From: Mobula hypostoma
Taxonomy: Eukaryota
Assembly (NCBI RefSeq): GCF_963921235.1
Contig: NC_086097.1
Location: 136,526,001-136,590,000, forward strand
Reading direction: 5' to 3'
Length of the DNA: 64,000 nt
Positions within the stretch are counted from its first letter, which is position 1; every line of letters begins with the position of its first letter. The position numbers and the translations under genes were made by a program. Below, in pieces: positions 11,366 through 25,519 of this stretch. The notes under the pieces are model-generated. The model did no database searches and was not told the origin of the DNA. It saw only the letters and a list, made by a program, of their open reading frames with translations.

Positions 11366-13644
11366 GTACTGGAGCTCCTGACCGGCGGCGATTCTGGGGT
11401 GGGAAGGGGGAGATTACCCCCGCCCGGCCGAGACCCTGCACCAGGACAAAGGGCAGGTGGCTGGGGGCGGGAGTGGTCTCTAGAAGCAGTGGGGTGTCGG
11501 GGGGGGGGGGTATCCCGGGAAAGGGTCTGGAAAGTGTCTTGGATAGAAGGATGCCCTCACAAATGTTAGGGGCTCCCAGGAGGGGCTGGTGTGCCCTGGC
11601 TGATGGTTGAATGTCCATTCCGAGAAGGGTGGAAGAGCTGGGTCCATTTCTCCTCCTTCCCACCCACCACCACAGCCGAACTCTCACTTTTTGGACAGAT
11701 ACTTCTGGGCAAAGTTGTGATGGCTCCGAGACTGGGGTTCCTTCTGCAACACAGGCATTGGCATCAGTCCCCCCCCCCCCCGTTTCCTAGCATCGATGTC
11801 CCCAGTCACCCTGAGTTCCGGTCCCTAGATTCCAGCACTGACATCCCCAGTCTCCCCGCATCCCAAGGCTCATGCCCAATTTCCTCCCCACCCCAATACC
11901 CTCTCTATTTCCAGGCTTGTAAATATGAGCTTCTACTCTGATTTCTGTCTGAACTTATTTTATTATTTAAACATTTGCTGTTCACACACACTTTACCTTA
12001 CAGAGGCTTTAAAGATGGAGGGCAGGGCAATGGTTAATAATTATTGCTATCCCTCACTGGCCTGTGAAAATCCTGCAGCAAGTATTCACAGATGGAAATA
12101 CCACAGGATTTGTGGAGGCAGCAAGTAACCCTTTGCGTGCCGAATGCTTTGCCGTGTTACTTAAAGTTCAGTGGGGCTTAGCCAGTAAGCGATTAGGATT
12201 CCAGGCAATTTACTTTCATGATTGTAACTTTAGTTCTTATTTCTAGGACGTGCATTTTGCTTCACGGGATCTATAGATACTAATAATCTCGAATTGTGCC
12301 CAGTTGACAACTACCAATCATGTTCCAGTCAAACAGCGGGTCATTGGTTTCCTTTCACAAATTACTGGATTACTGAGGTTTAGTGAAATGAGTAAATACA
12401 TTTGATACTGCAGAGTATTAACTAATCGCCCTCTTGAAAATAAACTTCTTCAATCCAACCAGAAACTTCAAACTGTTCAGAATTTAACTTGGTTTTGCAA
12501 TCAGTTTCATTATTGACATTGGAGCAAAAGTGATTTGTTCTACTTTCAAGAGGTAATGATTAGTGAAGGACATGACATCAGTTCTCAAAGTACTGCAGAA
12601 GTCATTTGATGATGCAAGTTAAGGTTGAGTTTCTAGAAAGGCCTAATAAAGCTTCGGGGTCTTGACTTCCATGGGGGGGAATGGGTTTGAGGAATGTATG
12701 TGGGAGAGGACAGGGATGAGTTATGAATATGACAGCTCTGTAGACTTTACCAAGTACTTGTTGCCTTAATAAATTTCTGCAGAATGTTGCCAGGTTGGAG
12801 GCTGGGCTCCACTATATTAGGACCTCGAGACATTGAATCGTACAGCATGGAAATGGGGCTCTTCAGCCCAACTAGTCTATGCTAACCAAGATGCCCATTT
12901 GGTTTGGTCAACATCCTTCTAAACCTTTACCATCGATATACCTGTCGACTTGTCCTTTAAATGCTGTAATCGTACCCACCTCAACCACTTCTTTTGGCAT
13001 TTCGTTCCATGTATGCAGCACTCTGTGTGAAGAAATTGCCTGTCAGGTCACTTTTTAAATCTTTTTTCTCTTATCTTAATTCTATGCCCTTAAGCCTATG
13101 CTGTTTTGGGCCCCTTTTTGAAACCCTTTCCCTGGGGAGGGGGTGTGGAGAGACTGTGTACCTTCACCTTGTGTATGCCCCACTGTATACACCAGAGAGA
13201 AGAGCGAACTAGGTTGTGGGGAGGTGCAAGTGTCTTGGATGCTTTTAACTGTCCTGGGTTTAATTGTGGACTGAGGCCATTATTGTTTTCACCTGTGTCA
13301 CCAATCAGACCTGCATCCTCACTTGGAAATGGGCTTCTAGGATCAATAAGTAGTCCCATATAGCAAAGTATCATGAATGTTTTATCACTATTCACTGGGA
13401 CACCATGGGATTAAGTACGATGTGTCTCATTATCAAAGACCCTTTTCCATTCTTAATGCAGGTATTTAAAATACAGAGGCAATGTGAGAATTAAGAACCC
13501 ATTCAGTTTCAGAATTGGGTCAGAACCAAGTTGTCTCTACAAACCTCACTGCCTTGGTTCCACATCTGTAATAGCAATGGTAATTTATGAAGTCCAGTTT
13601 TGAACATCAGTTGATCCCTCTCTCAGAACTAATCTCTTTCTGAA

Positions 13645-14325
13645 GGTTAATTTGCAGATTGAGTCTGTAGTGAGGAAGGCAAATGCAGCATTGGCATTCT
13701 TTTCAGGAGGGCTCGAATACAAAAGCCAAGGATGTAATGTTGAGACTTTATAAAGCACTGGTGAGGCCTCACTTGGAGTATTGTGAACAGTTTTGGGCCC
13801 CTATTCTCAGAAAGGATGTGCTGAAACAGGAGAGGGTTCAAAGGAGGTTCACGAAGATGATTCCAGGATTAAACAGCTTGTCATATGAAGAGTGTTTGAT
13901 GGCTTTAGGCCTGTATTCACTGGAATACAGAAGAATAAGGGATGACCTCATTGAAACCTATCAAATGGTGAAAGGCCTTGATAGAGTGGATGTGGAGAGG
14001 ATGTTTCCTATGGTGCGAGTGCCTAAGACCATAGGACACTGCCTCAGAATAGAGGGGTGCCCTTTTAGAATGGAGATTTCTTTAGCCAGAGGGTGGTGAA
14101 TCTGTGGAATTCATTGTCACAGGTGGTTGTGGAGATTAAATCTTTATGTATATTTAAGCCAGAGATTGATAGGCTCTTGATTGGTCAGGGCATGAAAGGA
14201 TATGAGGGGTGGGGGTGCTGGTGGAAGGCAGGAGATTGGGGCTGAGAGGAAAAATGGATCAGCCATGATGAAATGGTGGAGCAGGCTCAATGGGCCAAAT
14301 GGCCTAATTCTTCTATATCTTGTGG
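13645..14325 (+). mobile_element. CR1 LINE 3' end
   Basis: ORF 13683-14099 with MLRLYKALVRPHLEYCEQFWAP..ERVQRRFTKMIPGL. Confidence 0.9.
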
Positions 14326-14412
14326 TCAAAAGGAGTAGAAGATCTAGTTTCTCACTGCCCCATATACTCTCCCTAAAATCATCTTGGAATACAGGACTCC
14401 CGCTTTAAGGTA

Positions 14413-14586
14413 ACACAATGTGCTGGAGGAACTCAGCAGGCCAGGCAGCATCTGGAGGCAATGTTTTGGATTGAGACCCTTTGTCTGGACTCAAATTGAC
14501 TATTGCTTCACTTCCTCTCTCCCCCCCCCCCCCACACCCCAGCTGCTGCTCAGCTGGCTGAGTTCCTCCAGTAGATAGTTTGTGTG
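14413..14586. mobile_element. Fold-back mini-element made of two inverted Penelope pLTR ends
   Basis: Perfect 15-bp inverted repeat ctggaggaactcagc (14423-14437) / gctgagttcctccag (14557-14571). The arms resemble the pLTR at 56671 and 58052. Confidence 0.6.
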
Positions 14587-15039
14587 CAACAATCACAGGG
14601 CATAAGCTGTTTGTTCTTGGACATGAAGGCTTTGTGTTATCTGATGTTGGCTGGAGTCAGAGGACACTTCAATTAGTGCTCTTAATGTCTGTATAACACA
14701 ATAATGACACATCATTGTTGTTAGAATTGCAGGTTCTGAGTGGGTATTGCTCGTGAACCAATATTTGCCCCAATCTGAATAATCTCGATTTACTGACCCT
14801 GCAATCTCTTCAAGCCCATCTCTCCCCCATTTCCCAGCCCTACATACTGCTTAACCCCAGTTCCAACCCATTGCAGGAACCACTCCACTTCTGATAGCCA
14901 TGCCTGTCATCTCCTCTGCTCCTCTTCTGCAGCCCCTCCCTGTTCCATCGTTTAAGAAATTCACTGGCAGTGTTTCCCCTGGTGGGAGTGAGGTTTCGGT
15001 ATGCAGTTGCCCATTTGGGATGGAACTGGAGAGGATGTC

Positions 15040-16060
15040 GTGGGGTTTTAGAGATGTGCTGTCTTCTCCACTGCCGCTGGCAGCTCATTCCAGATACCAG
15101 CTATTTCTGTGAGAAATTCACCCTTCGTATCACCTTTAAACCTTCCCCTTCTCAAACTAGCCTATGCTGTGTGGTTTTGGACACCTGTACCATTGAAACT
15201 GCTCTTGACTATATTATTGCCTCACATAATTTTATGTTTTTTTTTGTCATCTCTCTGCCCGCTTTTCTCCAGGGAAAGTAGACCCAACCTACTTGTGACC
15301 TCCAATTCCAGAAGCATGCTTGTGAATCTCTTCTGCACCCTCTAGCTTAATCACTTCATTCCTGTTGAGTGCTAACAAGAGCAATGCACCATGTTGGTTA
15401 GGCCGCATGTGCACCCTAACCAGCATCTCGTACAACTAAACTTACACCCCAACTCTCATTCAGTACTCTGAACTGTGAAGGGAAGCATGTCACATGTCTT
15501 CACTGCTCTGTATACCATTGATGCCATTTTTTTAATTTAGAGAACTCAGTATCTGTACCCCTGGGTCTCTCTGTTGTACCACACTCTTCAGGACCATGTC
15601 ATTGGTGGTATAATTCCAGACTTGATTTAACTTCCAAAGGTGCATCAGTGTGCACTTTCCTGAGTTAAATTTCATCTGCTATGCTCTTCAAAGGTTCAAA
15701 AAGTTCCCTTGTCCATATTCCCGGTTGATCTATGTCCTGTTGTAACCATAGACAACTTTTTTTCACTGTCCACCACACCAATTTTGGTGTCACCCACAAA
15801 CGTATTGACCATGCCAACAACATTATATTCAGATTATTAAAATATATGACCAACAACAGATGACCCAGTACTGATCCCTGCAGCACAACACTGGTCACAG
15901 ATTTCCAGTCTAGAAAAACCAGCCTCCACTACCATCAAGCCAATTTTGTATCCAATTGGCAAGCTCACCCAGGATCCAGTGTGTCTGAACTGGCCTGCCA
16001 TGCCAAAGGCCTTGCTTAAATCCATCTAGAGCACATTTAATTCTCTGCCCTTATCAATCC
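15040..16060 (-). mobile_element. Old CR1 LINE fragment
   Basis: Minus ORFs MDLSKAF.. and TSVVLQGSVLGHLLLVIY are decayed RT motifs. Confidence 0.7.
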
Positions 16061-16662
16061 CCTGGGCCAGATCTGGCAGATGTACCTTTATAACTTACCA
16101 CTGTGGAGACTGTGTTAACACCTAGATCAGAAGATGTTTATGGGAGTCCTGGATTCAGGACAATAGACAGGAAAGTCAAGCTGAGGCCAGATCATGATCT
16201 CATTGCATGATTGAGCAGTTTGGAGAGACTGGGAGATCAACTCCTTATAAGCCTTAATGATCATCAGTCCTTGCGTGCCTCAGTGTGAAATGTTTGATGT
16301 TTCTCTTAATGAAGCACTTTGGGACATTGTTCTGGACATTTTAATGGAGGAACATAGAAGAGATTTTCTTCAAGTATTTAAAATGAAAAACTAAAGTGAG
16401 TTCAATTTAATTTTTCGTAGGAAAGACAATATCCCTATGTCATGTCCTTCTGTGTGCTGTATTGGAGACAGCTGACATTTTGTGCTCATGTCTTTGAAGT
16501 GGTCTCTTCTCTCAACTGAGAAGAGGTGCCCATTGGCCTTCAGATGCCCCTGTAGTCCAATGTTGGTTGGTGAGCTAATGCCCTTAGCTTTTGTATGGTT
16601 GGATAGCACTGTGATGGTCTACACTAATCCCTAAGGTTAACACCTTTGTTTCCTTCTTTCAG

Positions 16663-16882
16663 CAGGAGGTTGGGGGTTTGGGGATCAGCATCAAAGGAGG
16701 CAAAGAGAACAAGATGCCAATCCTGATCTCGAAGATCTTCAAGGGTCTAGCGGCTGACCAGACTGAGGCTCTGTATGTCGGGGATGCCATCTTGTCTGTG
16801 AACTCCGTGGACTTGCGAGATGCAACACATGACGAAGCAGTACAGGCTCTGAAGAGAGCGGGGAAAGAGGTACTCCTGGAGG
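16663..16882 (+). CDS. SNTB1: Beta-1-like syntrophin, second coding exon (PDZ domain)
   Basis: Branch-like CTAAT at 16624, pyrimidine tract, AG at 16661-16662. Translation [73 protein letters not shown]. Donor G|GTGAGT at 16883, phase 1. Joins in frame with the previous exon. Confidence 0.96.
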
Positions 16883-19800
16883 GTGAGTGAATGCTTAGAA
16901 ATTCCGGCCACATCTGTGTACACATCCACTTGTGATTGCCAATTGAGTTCAATGCAGACGCAATGAGCCACGTTCAGATCTTGCCATGTGACTGCTCCAT
17001 CTGTGTAACCAGGACTGGATTCATTTCTGCAGAATTTCCGTACTCCTTCATAATTTTCAATGTTTGAAGATATTTTAAAACCAAATTTCATTTTCAAATA
17101 TTGAGTTCAAATCCTAACCCTTAATCTGTCTAAGATAATATTTAAATATTGTTTGTGAAGCCAGTTTCATAAAGAAGTATTATTGGTGCAATGTCTAAAG
17201 TTTCTTCCTGGTAGTCTGCATGTGAATGGGCTATTGTAAGACTTTGGGTAAATTGAATGTCGCCATGCTATTTTCTGTTATTGGATGCATTACTTATAAA
17301 TCTTAGAAATTTAGACCTTTTGTAAAAGTCTGAAACGGAAGGCATTTCTAAAATGCCACAGACATATGAAAGTCCTCTACAGCCAGTAACTAGTGACCAC
17401 TGCTGTAATGTGCAATTTGTTCAAAAAAAAAATAAGATAATGACCAGATAGTGTTTTGCACTGGTTGTTTGAGAATCTCACACTGTCACTAGTAAGAGCT
17501 TCAAATTATTGGTGTGGGGTCAGAAGGGACAGAAAACACTTGGTTTATCATCTTGTCCAAACATCACCACTTATGACGGTGCTGCGCTACCCCATTAATG
17601 CACAGGGAGAATTAGATTGAGATTCTAGTATGGGATTTGAAAGTTCGTATTTCATCATTCAGAAGCATGGATGCTACCACTGCAGTATGGCACTTGTATT
17701 CCTGTCCATTTCTGGAGCATTGCATCCATATACCAGCACCCCTCCAGAAGCAACACTGTCTACACTTCTCCCTGCCTTGATAAAGCGGCCAACATAATCA
17801 GATACCGGTCTGCCTGTGTATTCTCTCTTCTCCCACTACCATTGGGCAGAAGGTTTTAAAAAAAAAGCTTGAAGGCATGAGCCATCAGGTGCAATCACAC
17901 TTCTGTCTCACTGCTGTTAGACTGTTGAATGATAAGATGAATTATTGACCTCACAATCTACCTTGTTATGACCTTGCACCTTACTGTCAGCCTGCACTGC
18001 ACTTTCTCTACAGCTGGAACACTTTATTCTGCATTCTGTTATTTGTCTTTCCCTTGCATTGCTTCTGTGCTGGTGTGATGAAACGATCTGTACTGATAGC
18101 ATGCAAAACAAAGCTTTTGGTAAAGTTTTTACCTTGATAACAAACCAATTTATCAGGTGTTACAAAACTGCAGTTACAGGTTAATATGCCAAGAATTTCC
18201 AACAAGCCCCCCCCCCAATAATTAAACTATTAGTGATGTGTGGGTACTGTTGCTTCTTGAATTGTGGGGTGGGTCAGTCATCCATGAACATAATCACTCT
18301 GCCACTGATGACTGTTCCTTCAGCTGTTTGTGTCCTAAGCCCCGAGATTCCACCCAAAAGCTCCCTTGCTCTGGGTCTCTCTCCTCTACAATATCCTCTT
18401 AGGCCAAACCTTTGGCTACCAGTCCTAATGTTTATTTTCTTGGAGTCAAATTTGATTGAAGCTGGGGAATTTTTCCCCTGTTACATGGACTGTATGAATA
18501 TAAGTCATACATTTCAGTTTCTTGTGAAACTTCTGGAATATGTTGAGAATTCATTTGCTTTGTTATTTAGAGATGGAACTTGTTGATTGTCTGTACAAAC
18601 AGATGTTATCCTTCTTCCTGGAGCCATTCTTGAACCAAAATGTCAGACAGTTCTGAAATTTTATGTATTGATATGTATTGTAAAACTGAGCAAGATGGAT
18701 TGTAGCTGAATAAATTTGAGCTCCAAACCCGGAGTTTTACTGGCTAAGCTGGTTCTAGGAATCTTCTTGTGGAAAGTGAGATGACTAAGTCAGCGAGGGC
18801 CCTGTCACCTGACTAAAGTGGAGGTTGGTTTAACATCTCGAATTAACTTTAGTGGATTGAATGTAAAATCAATGTGTTGTGGGTTGTTTAAGATGAGCAA
18901 GTGGTGAGGTGAACGATAGCAGCAAATAATCTGCTGGAGGAGCTCTGGTTGAGCAGCATGTGTGGGAGGAAATGTATTATCAGTGTTTTGGGTCATGTCC
19001 CTGCATCAGGATCTTGAGCTCCTCCAGCAGATTGATCACCAAAGTAAATTTATTATCAAAGTATATGTATGTCACCATATACAACCCTGGGATTAGTTTT
19101 CTTGCAGGCATTTACAGGAAAATAAGAAATACAATAGAATTTATGGAAAAACTATCATATCTGACAAACAACCAATGTGCAAAAGGAGACCAACTATGCA
19201 ATAAATGCTTAGAACATGAGTTGTAGAGTCCTTGAAAGTGAGTCTGTCAGTTGTGGAATCAGTTAGAGTTGAGGTGAGTGAAGTTATCCATGCTGGTTCA
19301 GGAGCCTGATGGTTGTGAGGTAATAACAATTGTTGCTCCAGATTCCAGCACCTGCAGTGTCTTGTATTTCCGGAGAGACAGTTAATGTTAGTGTTGCATT
19401 GTATTGTGTTTAAATTGGGAATGAATAGGCTCATGATGTCATCCACTAGGGCAGATCTGCCACCCTAGTGAGAGCTCTTCAAATCCACGTTCAAGGCACT
19501 TGGAGAGGGAGAGACCACAGCTGAGGCTTCCTGTGAAATTGCAATCCATTTAGCCTCTTCACTTTTGACTAGTTCTGCCAATTCAGGACAGACGGTGGAA
19601 ACTGTGGTAGAAAAGTCCAGGGTTCAGGTCGCACATGAGCTCTTGAACACAAGGACTCGTGCTCGTGCTCCATTGTCAGTCGACCAGAGATGACCTATTC
19701 CTTGGAAATATTGAACCGGTGAGTTGCACTGCATCACGTTCCCAGAAGCTGGGGAGTTCCTCCAGGTATAAAGACAAAAGAGACTTAAGATATTCCCAAG

Positions 19801-21703
19801 ACCTATGGGTTAGTGTTTGTAAGTTGTGGACGTGCCAAGTTGGTGTCCCAGCACTTCCTTGGGCTGTGATCTTTGCTGCAGATAAAGCTAATTTTTTAGA
19901 AATCTTTTAGATGCTGGAATCTAGAGCAGAAACCCAATTCTGGCAGAACTGAGTGGGTCAGTCAGCATCTGTGGAGGCAAAAGTGTAAGTCAAAGTTCTG
20001 AGGCTTTGCAGGGTCTTGACTTGTACCTTTTGGCTTGACAGATGCTGGTTGATCTGAGTTTTACCATTGTTCCTGTTTGTTCTGTTGGGTGTCTCAGGCT
20101 AACAAAAGAACCTAGAAAAGAAGCAGTTGGGGAAAGGTAATCTGATGGGAAGACCTGCATTATGGCATGTTTGCTTTTCAAGCAATTGATCCATATCATT
20201 TTTTCTGTAATGTAAAGCTGCATGTTCTGCATACATGTCAAGAAATAAGTTGGGGAAAAAATAGCATTTATTTCCTTTTCCCCCTTAAATTCTGAGTGAA
20301 TTTTATTTTGTATCTCAAATTTTTGGGTAGTGATTTGAGTTCTGAAAGGACAAATTTCAGTCACCCATTGGTCGTAAGGTGGGTTTGTTACAAAGATAGA
20401 TTTGCCCTGTGTTTTCACTGTTCCAAACTGAAAATGCTGGAGGAACTCAGCAGGTCCGGCAGCATCTAGGGAAATGAATAAACAGTCAACGTTTTGGGCA
20501 GAGATCCATCATCAACATTTTGTGTTCTAGGTTTCCAGCATCTGCAAAATCTCTTGTGTCTGTGATTCTCACAGCTGATTTGTTATCTTGGGAATCACGA
20601 TCGGCTTGGATGACTTTTTCTGATGTCGCAGCCATGACTCGATGATCCCGGACAACACTTGTGCTCCTAGTACAGTCTGCTGCTATATAAACCAATATTG
20701 TCAACACCCTGTACAAGAATTAACAGGTTCCATTGCATCATTCCAAGTATTCAGGGAGGCAAGCTGCAGTGTTGGCGTTCAGTCACTATAGAGTAATATG
20801 CATCAGCCATGCCTTAAAGTAAATTGCTTCAAATGTCCAGCAAGAAAGTATCTTGCATATTTCTCCTCCCTCCCCCCACTCCAATCTGTACGTGATTCTA
20901 CCCTTCCCCAGCCTCTACTTCCCTTTCTATCAGCCCCTTCTTCTTTCTTCCCTTAAATTAATCACCTCCACCCCTCCCCAAGGGAGTGTTTCACTTTCTC
21001 CACTCGCTGTGAAAGGAGGTTTCTCCTGGGACTCGGGATTTGAGAGCAACTGTCCATTAATTAGTTTTGGTTCTCCTCCTCTGAACCTACCCCATGAAGT
21101 TCACTCTTCGGACTCAGCACTGACTGCAGTTGCCAAAAGGATTAAGGTGAGAACTCAGTGGAAAGTGAAGAACAGAGATGAGGTTAAGAATAGATTGCCT
21201 AAGAACTACATCAGAAATGAAGAGCAATGTTCACAGCAGGCAGTTGTTGAGATCAGTACCTGATGTTGTTGGGGATGGAAACTGAATTCCAAGGCAACGT
21301 TTGTGTAAAAAAAAAAAAAAACAACAACAACACAGACTTACAGGCTTATGCACAAAGTTTCTTTTAAGTATGATAGACTGACATGCTTCCAGGAATCGCA
21401 GAGCTACTGTGACTAATCCCATTTCCTGCTTCTTGGTCTGTAGCTTGTTGGGTTGGTGTTAACCATGGCGAAGACTCGACCTGCCATCTCCCTTTCAGTC
21501 AGTTCCAGGCCACTATTATCGGGGGAAAACATTTCTATTCAATTTCCCTCTAATCCTTCCATAAATACATAAATTTTCACCTTGCCTCAAGCCAATGGAG
21601 AAGGGATGTTTAATATGTTTTTCTGGTGAGTGCTGCTTGTATGATGCTGTGTGTGTGTTTGTGATATTGCTGTCAGTAAACTTTTCTTTACATCTGTGCA
21701 TAT

Positions 21704-22246
21704 CCATTCAGTGGGCACTCTGTTAGGTACACCTGCTCATTCATGCAAATGTCTAAACAGCCAATCACGTGGCAGCAACCCAATGCATAAAATCATAAAA
21801 TCATGCAGATGTGGCCAAGAGGTTCAGTTGTTCAGACATCAGAATGGGGAAGAGCTGTGATCTGAGCCGCTATGATTGTTGGTACCAGACTGTTCTGAGT
21901 ATCTCAGGAACTGCTGATGTCCTGGGATTTTCACAAACAACGTTCTCTAGAGTTTACAGAGAATGGTGGGGGTGGGGGGGGGGGGCAGGGGAAGAAATCC
22001 AGCGAGTGGTAGTTCTGTGGGTGAAAATGCCTTGATAATGAGAGAAGTCGGAGGTGAATGACCAGCCTGGTTCAAGCTGACAGAAAGGCAACAGTAACGC
22101 ATAACCACATGTTACAACGGTGGTGTGCAGAAGAGCAACTCTGAGCATATAACACGTCAAACCTTGAAGTGGATGGACTACAACAGCAGAACATGACGAG
22201 CACAGTGGCCATATGAGATATAGCTAATAAAGAGGCCACTGACTGT
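21704..22246 (+). mobile_element. Internally deleted Tc1/mariner DNA transposon
   Basis: Decayed TIRs cattcagtgggcactctgttagg / gctaataaagaggccactgactg. Transposase N-terminal remnant LSISGTADVLGFSQTTFSRVYREW (paired-like HTH). Inserted in a LINE tail. Confidence 0.75.
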
Positions 22247-25200
22247 CTGTACTTGTGCATGTGACAATAAACTTGAATTTAGCTTTGTTAGCGTTGTGGT
22301 TCAGTTACTGGGCAAAAAGCCATAGTCCGGCCCATTGATCCAGAGACTGGAGTTTGAACTCTCCAGATGGAGAATTTAAATTAAAAATATCTGGAAAATG
22401 AAAAGATTCTCCCATGAAACTCTCAGATTAATGCATGAGGCTCTTGGTTTCACACGCACCATTCAGGGAAGAAAATCTCTGGCTCTTGCTTGGTCTGGCC
22501 TGTATCCAGACCAACTAATGTGTTTGACATTAACAGCCTCCACAGTGCAGAGGTGGACAATAGTCAGTGGTCCACATCTGGTGAACAAAAATGCAATTAA
22601 AAAAATAATTGTTTCCCTTGGTTGGGCCTTTCATAATTCTATTTACCTCATTTTAATCTCTACTAGCCTCCTACACCTTTTTTTTTTAAAGAAGAAACCC
22701 AAACTGACTGAACCCCTTCCTTGGGAAATGTGCTACAAAAGTTCTACAATCCTAATACATTTTAATGAGAAACTTCAATTGCTTCTCTTGAAAAGAAATT
22801 AGCTTTAAGCATGTATTTCAATTCATTTTGTAATGGGACAAATCTATTTTATAGTGATGTTGCTGGGATGATTGCACTTGTCATCTCAGCCCAACTATTC
22901 ACTCCAAGGCAACAAAGGTGTCCACATGGTGGAATAATCAGCTTGGCTTTTGCAGCTTTAGGCATTCATTCTGAATGGTGCTAACCACGTACATTTTACT
23001 GACTTTGCACCATTTGTTAGGAGAAGGTTAGAGTGACCAACGTGGACTTCTGGTCTTCCCTTTGCAACACCAACAGTAAGAAGAAAGTGTTCCCCATGGC
23101 AGGAGAGTGAGATTTGAGGAACACCGAATCGGAGCTATTGGTCGCACAAGCAATGTTTTGCACCACACTTGGTGTCGTCAGGAAACTGGTATCTGGGGAA
23201 GAAAAATCTCAACAGCAGTGATGGATAAAGCATGAAAAGTTACAGAAATGCAGGGTTGGAGAACAGCTCTTTCCAAAAGCTAGTACTGGCATAATGGGCT
23301 GGGCAGCCTCACTCCCTACTGTAAGATTCCATGATTTGCAAATTCCAATAAAGGTACAGAAAATTAATGTGCCCAATGTCCATGTCTCCAATCTTAAATA
23401 GAGTTCCTTTATTAAAAAAATCTTGTATTTCCAGGACTGAAGCTAAATGTCACCAGTTAGTGCTCACTTAATCATCTCTTTCCCCATTGAAGGATTATTG
23501 AAGTGAATCTTGAATTAGTGTCATTTCTCTTCCCCCCCCCCCCCACTCTGAGGTTTATGACTTCGCTAGTAAATAACACTAGCTGGAAGCAATTGCAAAT
23601 GTCATTCGTTCACTGCGTTCCAAGTTTAAGTGAATCTTGGAGCACCTCACTGCGTAAACTAAATTAACCTATGCACTTGGCTCATCTTTAAGAGATCTCT
23701 AATCAGTTCCTCTGTCCCACAGTCCAGTAACTATATTTTGCCTTAAAGTATTCACCTTCTAAATTCTCCTCTTGAGTTTGCTTTCTTTTCCTCCTCAGGC
23801 AACACGTCCCCGATCACAGCAACTCACTGCGCTGATTTAAACAAATTCTCATCCACTCTCTTGTTATTAACCCGTATCGTCTGGTAGCTGACCCTTGTAG
23901 AAATTACTGCTGTTTCATCAGAAAGCCATCCAGAAAGAAGAAACAACATGAGCCATGATTCCTATAGGGATGTAGGGATTTTGGCCAGTGTATCTGAAGT
24001 TGCTGGTCCTGGAGTTAACCCTCCCATCTGTATATCCGTTTGATTGTGGAGTGGGGCAGTGTAGTAACAGGCTTGTTACTGCATAGTCATCTTCGAGCAC
24101 CAATCTCAGAATCAGGTTTAATATCTCCGGCAGCCGTCGTGAAATTTGTTGTCTTTGTGGCAGCAGTGCAATGCAGTGAGAGAATAATGAGAGAAAAGCA
24201 GCTAAATGTGGGGACGTGCATACATTTACATTGTATTAGTTAAATAAGCAGTGAAAAACAGAAATTTAAAAAATTAGTGAGGAAGTGTTCATGGGTTCAA
24301 TGTCCATTCAGAGATCCGGTTGGTAGAGGAGGAGAAGCTGTTCCTGATTGTAGAGTGTAGGCCTTCAGGTTTCTGTACCTCCTTCCTGATTGTAGTAATG
24401 AGAACAAGGCATGACCTGGGTGCAGTTTTGCATTAATCCCATTTCTTTTTATTCTGCCATTGATCTATGACCTATGGGCAATTCAGTATCAATTAGCCCT
24501 CGTAGCCCACACAGCTTTGAACATGTTTTTAATTTCACTTTTTGTACTGGTAACACTCATTTTTAATGAGGCCTTTTCCTCAGCAGACTTATGCCTCAGT
24601 TTATGCCCCACATGAGCCTTCTCCCTTCCCTATCATTCTATTCATTGCACATTTTCATTGGAGGAGAATTAAGTGATGCAAAATTTGCTAGCAGTTTTAG
24701 TAAATGCAGCTCCAGATGATATTAAGTGATATCTCAGAATCTAGTGGTGCCCAGAGAAGCCATTCAGCCCATCATGCTGGCGTGGCACTCGTGCCCTGAA
24801 ACCACTCTAGTTGGTGCATGCCCTTCCTCACGAACACAAATGTGAGTGGTGCCACTCAGCAAAGCAGCCAACATAATGATGGGCCCCATCCCAGCCCAGT
24901 CATTCTCTGTTCTCTCGCCTTGCCATCAGGCAGAAGATGTAAAATTTGAGAACGCATATCACTAGGCTCAAGGACAGCTTCTATCCTGCTGTAAGCAGAC
25001 TCTTGAATGACCTATTAAACAATGCAGTTTAACTCTTGATCTCTCGGTGTACTTTATCATGGCTTTTGTATTTTATGTTTGTTCCTGCACTGTGATTTCT
25101 GTGTAACTGTTGTGATACTGTATATTCTGCATTTCCTTGAATTCATTTGTACTACTTTGATGTACTTGTGTATTGGATGATCTGTTCAGATAATACATAA

Positions 25201-25519
25201 ATAAAAGTTTTTCACTGCATCTTGGTACTTGTGACAATAATATTACCAATTACCAGGAAGAGGTATCTGAGAACTCTGTACAATAGGCCCTGCCTTGGTC
25301 ATATGTCATAGCAGCTGCCACATGACCAACCGCATTAATTTGCGCTTTTTTGAGATAAACCACAAAACTGAGCAATTAACTCTGCCACATCCTCCAAATG
25401 TTGCCAGCATGGGTATAACAAGCAAAAAGGCCTCCTCTCTGCGGTAAATCCGAGAATTTTTTTTGAGATGTTGCTCCCTGAATATGGGGATATTGCTGAC
25501 TTTCTAGTATGATAGTTGG

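Noticed and set aside
11003..11569. 188-aa ORF as a single-exon gene
   Set aside because: Only 11093-11365 is syntrophin-like; the remainder is read-through into UTR and G-rich intron.
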